A stretch of DNA of 64,000 bases from Eledone cirrhosa. Its lineage: Eukaryota. Position numbers and translations under genes: made by a program. The notes beneath the pieces are model-generated. The model saw nothing but the letters and a program-made list of their open reading frames with translations, did not search any database and was not told the origin of the DNA. The stretch covers positions 17,856,001 through 17,920,000 of the forward strand of contig OZ024741.1 of assembly GCA_964016885.1 (NCBI GenBank), written 5' to 3'. Of the stretch, positions 59,667-64,000 are shown piece by piece (within the stretch, counting starts at the first letter, position 1; every line of letters begins with the position of its first letter).

Positions 59667-62600
59667 TGTTTCTTTTATTTGCCACCAGGGCATCAACAGT
59701 GGGACAAGTACAATGGGGGGTGTTTACAAAACAAGGCGTCCTCAATAAGGAGGAGGCAATAACAATATATAAAAATAAAATAAAATATAACAAAAAATAA
59801 AATTTATAACAAAGTCCTCAATAGAGAGGAGGCGCCTTGGGGGGTCGCACACACCCCCGAAAAAAGTGTGCAACCCTTCTCCTCAGGAGCACAGAGAAGG
59901 GGTGCTCCCTTGGTCTTTCATCTTCCTCACCTATAGTCTGATGTAGAGTGAAGGCCCATTCACACGGGCCATTCTCGCCACTTTCACCCATCTTTCATAG
60001 AAACGGCTGGGGTGCAGCACCTCTCTCTCCATCCTGATCCTTCCTCCGAAATGATATCGGAAGAAACGGACCAGTTGTTGGCCAGAGAGAAAGGTGTCTG
60101 ACCTCAGTCCTTTCAGACGCGTCCACCATACAACCTCTTTCGCCATGGCTATTACGCACAGAAACACCGCCTCTCCTTCGTTTTTGAAGAGGGGAGGCGG
60201 CTTGATCGTTACAATAGACTCGGTGGTCAACCGGATTGGTCCCACCCTTGACAGCAGTTGTTCGACATAACCCCACAGATCGGCAATGCCCGAGCAGTGT
60301 ACCAATGCGTGTGCAACGGTTTCCTCGTCGCACACGCATCTGGGACAGATCTTTTTCGATGGGTCCCTACCCGGGCGCCCGTGTCTGTAGAGCCTTTCTC
60401 GAACGGGCAGAGCCCTTCTGTAGCATTGCCAGGCCAGGGACCTCTGGAAGTTATCCATGGGTCCCGGGCTGAATGTCCTACCGAACAGGTTGGCCAGTTC
60501 GTCTTCCTCCATGCCTAGGGCTTCTCCGAGGGCGTCGTCGCACCTTCTAACCACCAGCCCTCTATAGAATGACGAGGTGGATTCTCCACTGACAGCCGGG
60601 TCTGCCTGCCAGAGAGCCGTGAGTGCCTGGGCACACTCGGTGTGCCAGGCGCCCAGTTTTCTCGGTCTTTGCTTGACACAGGATTGCAGCTCGGTGGGTG
60701 AGACGAGTCTGGGAAAGGCTCGCCTTACGAACGGGGCCCACACCGGTTGATCGGAGAGGAATACCTGAAGGTGCCGTAGCCTTAATGCGTGTTTACGTAT
60801 CATTAGCCACGGCATCCCCAGCCCTCCTTTCGAAGGGTGTTGACAGCAGATGGATCTCCTCACCATAGGAGCCCGCTTCTTCCAAAGGAATTGGAAGAGT
60901 GCGCGCTCCATTTTGGCGAGCGTTTCCCTTGGGCAAGGCACAACGGTCAGGCGGTAGTAGATGACGGACGCTATATAAGTGTTCGCCACCTCCGCCCGTC
61001 CTTTCAGGGACAGTTTGCACTCGGCCCACTTCTGGGTCAGTGCAAACACCCTGTTCGTCACCTAACCCCAGTTCTTCTCCACCTGGAGGTCTGGTCCGAA
61101 CCAGACCCCGAGCAACTTCACCGGGCCCTCCGTCCAGCGCCCGACGACGCCATCGGAGGGCATCGATCTGCCCCTCCACGTGCCGAGTTGTAGACCGATC
61201 GACTTGTCCCGGTTCAGCTTAGCCCCTGTAAACCTTTCGTACTCCTCCAGTAAGGTGCCGATCGTCCTGATTTCCGAGGCTGTCGACACCATTACTGTTA
61301 CGTCATCGGCGTAGGCTGACACCGCTTTCCGCAATCCCGGTTCCAACGGGATGCCCTGCAACACTCCAACTTCCGCAGCAGTGGCTCTAGAGTCATTACA
61401 TACAGAAGGGAGGAGAGAGGGCACCCCTGTCGGATGGACCGCGCGATTTCGAACGGCTCCGAGAGGTAGCCGTTCACCTTGACCCTAGAGCAGATGCGGC
61501 TGCTGTGCATGGCATTGATCCAGCCCCTGAAAACGGGTCCGAAGCCTGCCGCCGCTAGCACCGCATCCAGGTAACCATGGTCGACCCTATCGAATGCCTT
61601 AGATTGATCCAAGTTGATCAGGGCCCCACCAAAGCCGGGTTCGTTCCTAACCCTCTCTATGATGTATCGCATGAGGTGGAGGTTATCGTGGATGGACCTG
61701 GACGGGATAGCACATGTCTGCGCATCTCCCACCAGGTTGCCCACGACAAGCGCCAACCTCTTTGCTAGCACCTTGGCCAAAATCTGTAACTCTGTATTTA
61801 GCAGAGTTATGGGCCTGAAATTATTTATATCGTCCCCCTTGTTCTCGTCCTTCCTCACTAGCGTGACTACGCCCTTGGTCACAGCACAGGGAATTCTCCC
61901 GTTCTGTTGCCAGTTGCAGTAGACCACCTCGAGGAGTTCGGGGAACAAGTCCGGCATAGCTAGATATAGTTCGTATGGAAGACCATCGAGACCCGGGGAT
62001 TTGCGTTTGCCGCATTGGCTCAGCACGTCCTCTATCTCAGCAGCTGAAATCGGCTCCTCGCAGAACTTCGCCTCCCTGTCTGAGAGACGCGGCAGGCCGT
62101 CGAGGTATGGACCGAAGTCCACGTCCCCAACCGGCCCCCGCCCCTTCCGAACAATCCGGCAAAGTGCTTTTGAAAAGCCTCGCACATCTGCTTAGGTTCA
62201 AGGATCACCCGTCCATCCTGGTCTCGCAAAGACCGGATAGTGGATCTGCTCCCTCTTTTGGCTTCTGCCACTCGGGCCCAGCTAACAGCTTTGGTCCCCT
62301 CGTTTCCCAGAGCACGTATTTTGCTTCGGACGATGCAGCCTTCGTGTTTCGCGTCGAAGAACTGGCCCAGGACCGTTCTCGACGCTAGCACTCTGGCCAC
62401 GTCGCCGCTTCTAATTGCCTCTTCTACACTATCTACCAACTCCCTTTCCTTCCTATTTCTATTTGAGGCTAACTCCTTACTAAATTCTATAGAGACTACT
62501 CTAATCTCTCTTTTGAGAGATCCCCACCACCTGCTGTTGACGATGACACCCGTCAACCGCACCTTAACTAAAGTGCTAATCCGGTTCCTGTAAGCCTTAC

Positions 62601-64000
62601 TTGCCGGTAAGGACAAGTTGAGCTTCCAGTAACCGGGTCCCTGTCTATGAGTTCTGTCAAGGTTGACCATGCAGGTCACTAATTTGTGGTTTGAATAGCC
62701 AACCATGCGCATTTTTGGACAACTTAAAAAGTCCTTATCCTTAATTCTAACTAAGAACCTATCTAGGTACGACCTAGATGATCCGCTACGATTTGCCCAA
62801 GTCCAGGTTGGCACCGTCGGAAAATCTAGTCGATATCTATCGGCCAGGTCAAATCGACCGATTAACCCTTTGAGGCTATTACAACCCTCTCTATCGGGGC
62901 ATGCCCCTACGTAGTCCCAGCGTGCATCTAGGATACCATTCCAGTCCCCCACTAATAGCAAGGAGCGGGACGTCCCTAGAAAAGTCTCCAGACGATGGAA
63001 GAAGTCCGGCCGCATTGACCCGAAAGGGCCGTAGGCGGCTACCAACCTAAACGCACCGCCTTTACCACTGCCAAGGTCCAGAACCACTAGTCGACCCATC
63101 CGGGTCCAAATGTACCATCTGTGTTGCGAGACCCAGATGTTTTTTCAGCAGAACGACAACTCCACCCCCACCTCCGGGCTGACAGAGAGATGCGTGCATC
63201 TCAAAGTCATCAAAGGTGGGGGCCAGCTGTCGCACGTTGCTGATCCGGGCCTCGCAAATAACCATCACATCTATACGTTGTGACCTGAGGTCATTTAGAA
63301 GCATTGCTTGCTTCCAAGTTGAGCCCAGGCCACGCGCATTTAAACAGCCTACTCTTAGCATAGCCATATTGGTGGTGAAGAGAAAAGGCACTTACCTCTC
63401 TGCGTCCCGGGTATCGAGCTGCACAATTTCCATTAGGGTGGGGGATGGGTTGTTGGGTGGGGTGGTGGTTTGTGGAAGTGTAGGGGCATCAGTGTGTTGT
63501 GTGGTTGGGGAGCTTGGAGTTGTGTGGGTGTTTGGGGAGGGGGTGGGGTAGTTTTTTAGGAGGACGCGGTTAATGGGCCCGACGCAGGGGGGACCCACGT
63601 CCTCTTTAAAATTGTTTTTTAAAGTTTTATAGGTGTCCTGTGGGGCCTTAATCATTTTGAGGTGGGGGAAATCCCCTGCCTGGGTGAAGTTAGGCCCTTG
63701 TGTTTTTATTAGATTGTTGTTGTACACAATGTTTAACAGTTTTTTGTTTCTTGTGTTTATGTATGTGTATGCATGTTTTTGTTTTTGTGTGGTGTTTTTG
63801 TTTGCTGTTGTTGTGAGCTCTTTTGTGTTGGTGTCAGTGTCATGTTTTGGGGAGGGGTTGTTTTCATTTGTGTGTCTGAGGTGTGTTTTCTTTTTTTTCT
63901 TTTGATTGTGTGGAAGTGCTCCTCCTCGTCTGACGACGAAGTAGGGTCATCTTCCGCGTTGGAGGGGAGGGGTATATTTTCGGGTTGTGTTTGCGGTGCG
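59667..64000 (-). mobile_element. L1/Tx1-type LINE, copy 2 (ORF2 59931-63367 disrupted; ORF1 3' part; continues past window end)
   Basis: Colinear and highly similar to copy 1 with many substitutions; same motifs; in-frame stop at 61062-61064 and frameshifts. Confidence 0.95.

Noticed and set aside
53642-63905. Plus-strand ORFs over the Tx1 elements (and minus-strand ORFs over the PLE)
   Set aside because: Antisense shadows of retroelement coding sequence with no independent motifs.

Overview
Eukaryotic, very AT-rich, repeat-dominated DNA with no complete host gene. The SINE/LINE families and dense (TA)n/(CA)n/(GTT)n microsatellites look like a cephalopod (Octopus-like) genome; this is recognition from memory, not a database result. 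Main contents: (1) four minisatellite arrays (22 bp x ~695, 46 bp x ~32, 36 bp x ~27, 35 bp x ~114), two of which appear to have grown out of SINEs; (2) a near-complete Neptune-type Penelope-like element (PLE; RT + GIY-YIG, pseudo-LTRs) with an apparent separate coiled-coil ORF1 ending at a T-TTT-TTA slippery site; (3) nine minimal type-I hammerhead ribozyme motifs of six different sequence types within ~22 kb, four of them in two near-perfect head-to-head palindromes beside (TA)n tracts, plus a circularly permuted ~500-bp repeat; (4) RTE-clade LINE remnants, one with three C2H2 fingers, and a bipartite non-autonomous RTE; (5) two tandem L1/Tx1-type LINEs and a 3' fragment, all ending in GATA-type microsatellite; (6) tRNA-derived SINEs, a TTAA MITE and a few candidate small host exons. 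Almost all long ORFs in the track outside the retroelements are repeat artefacts.
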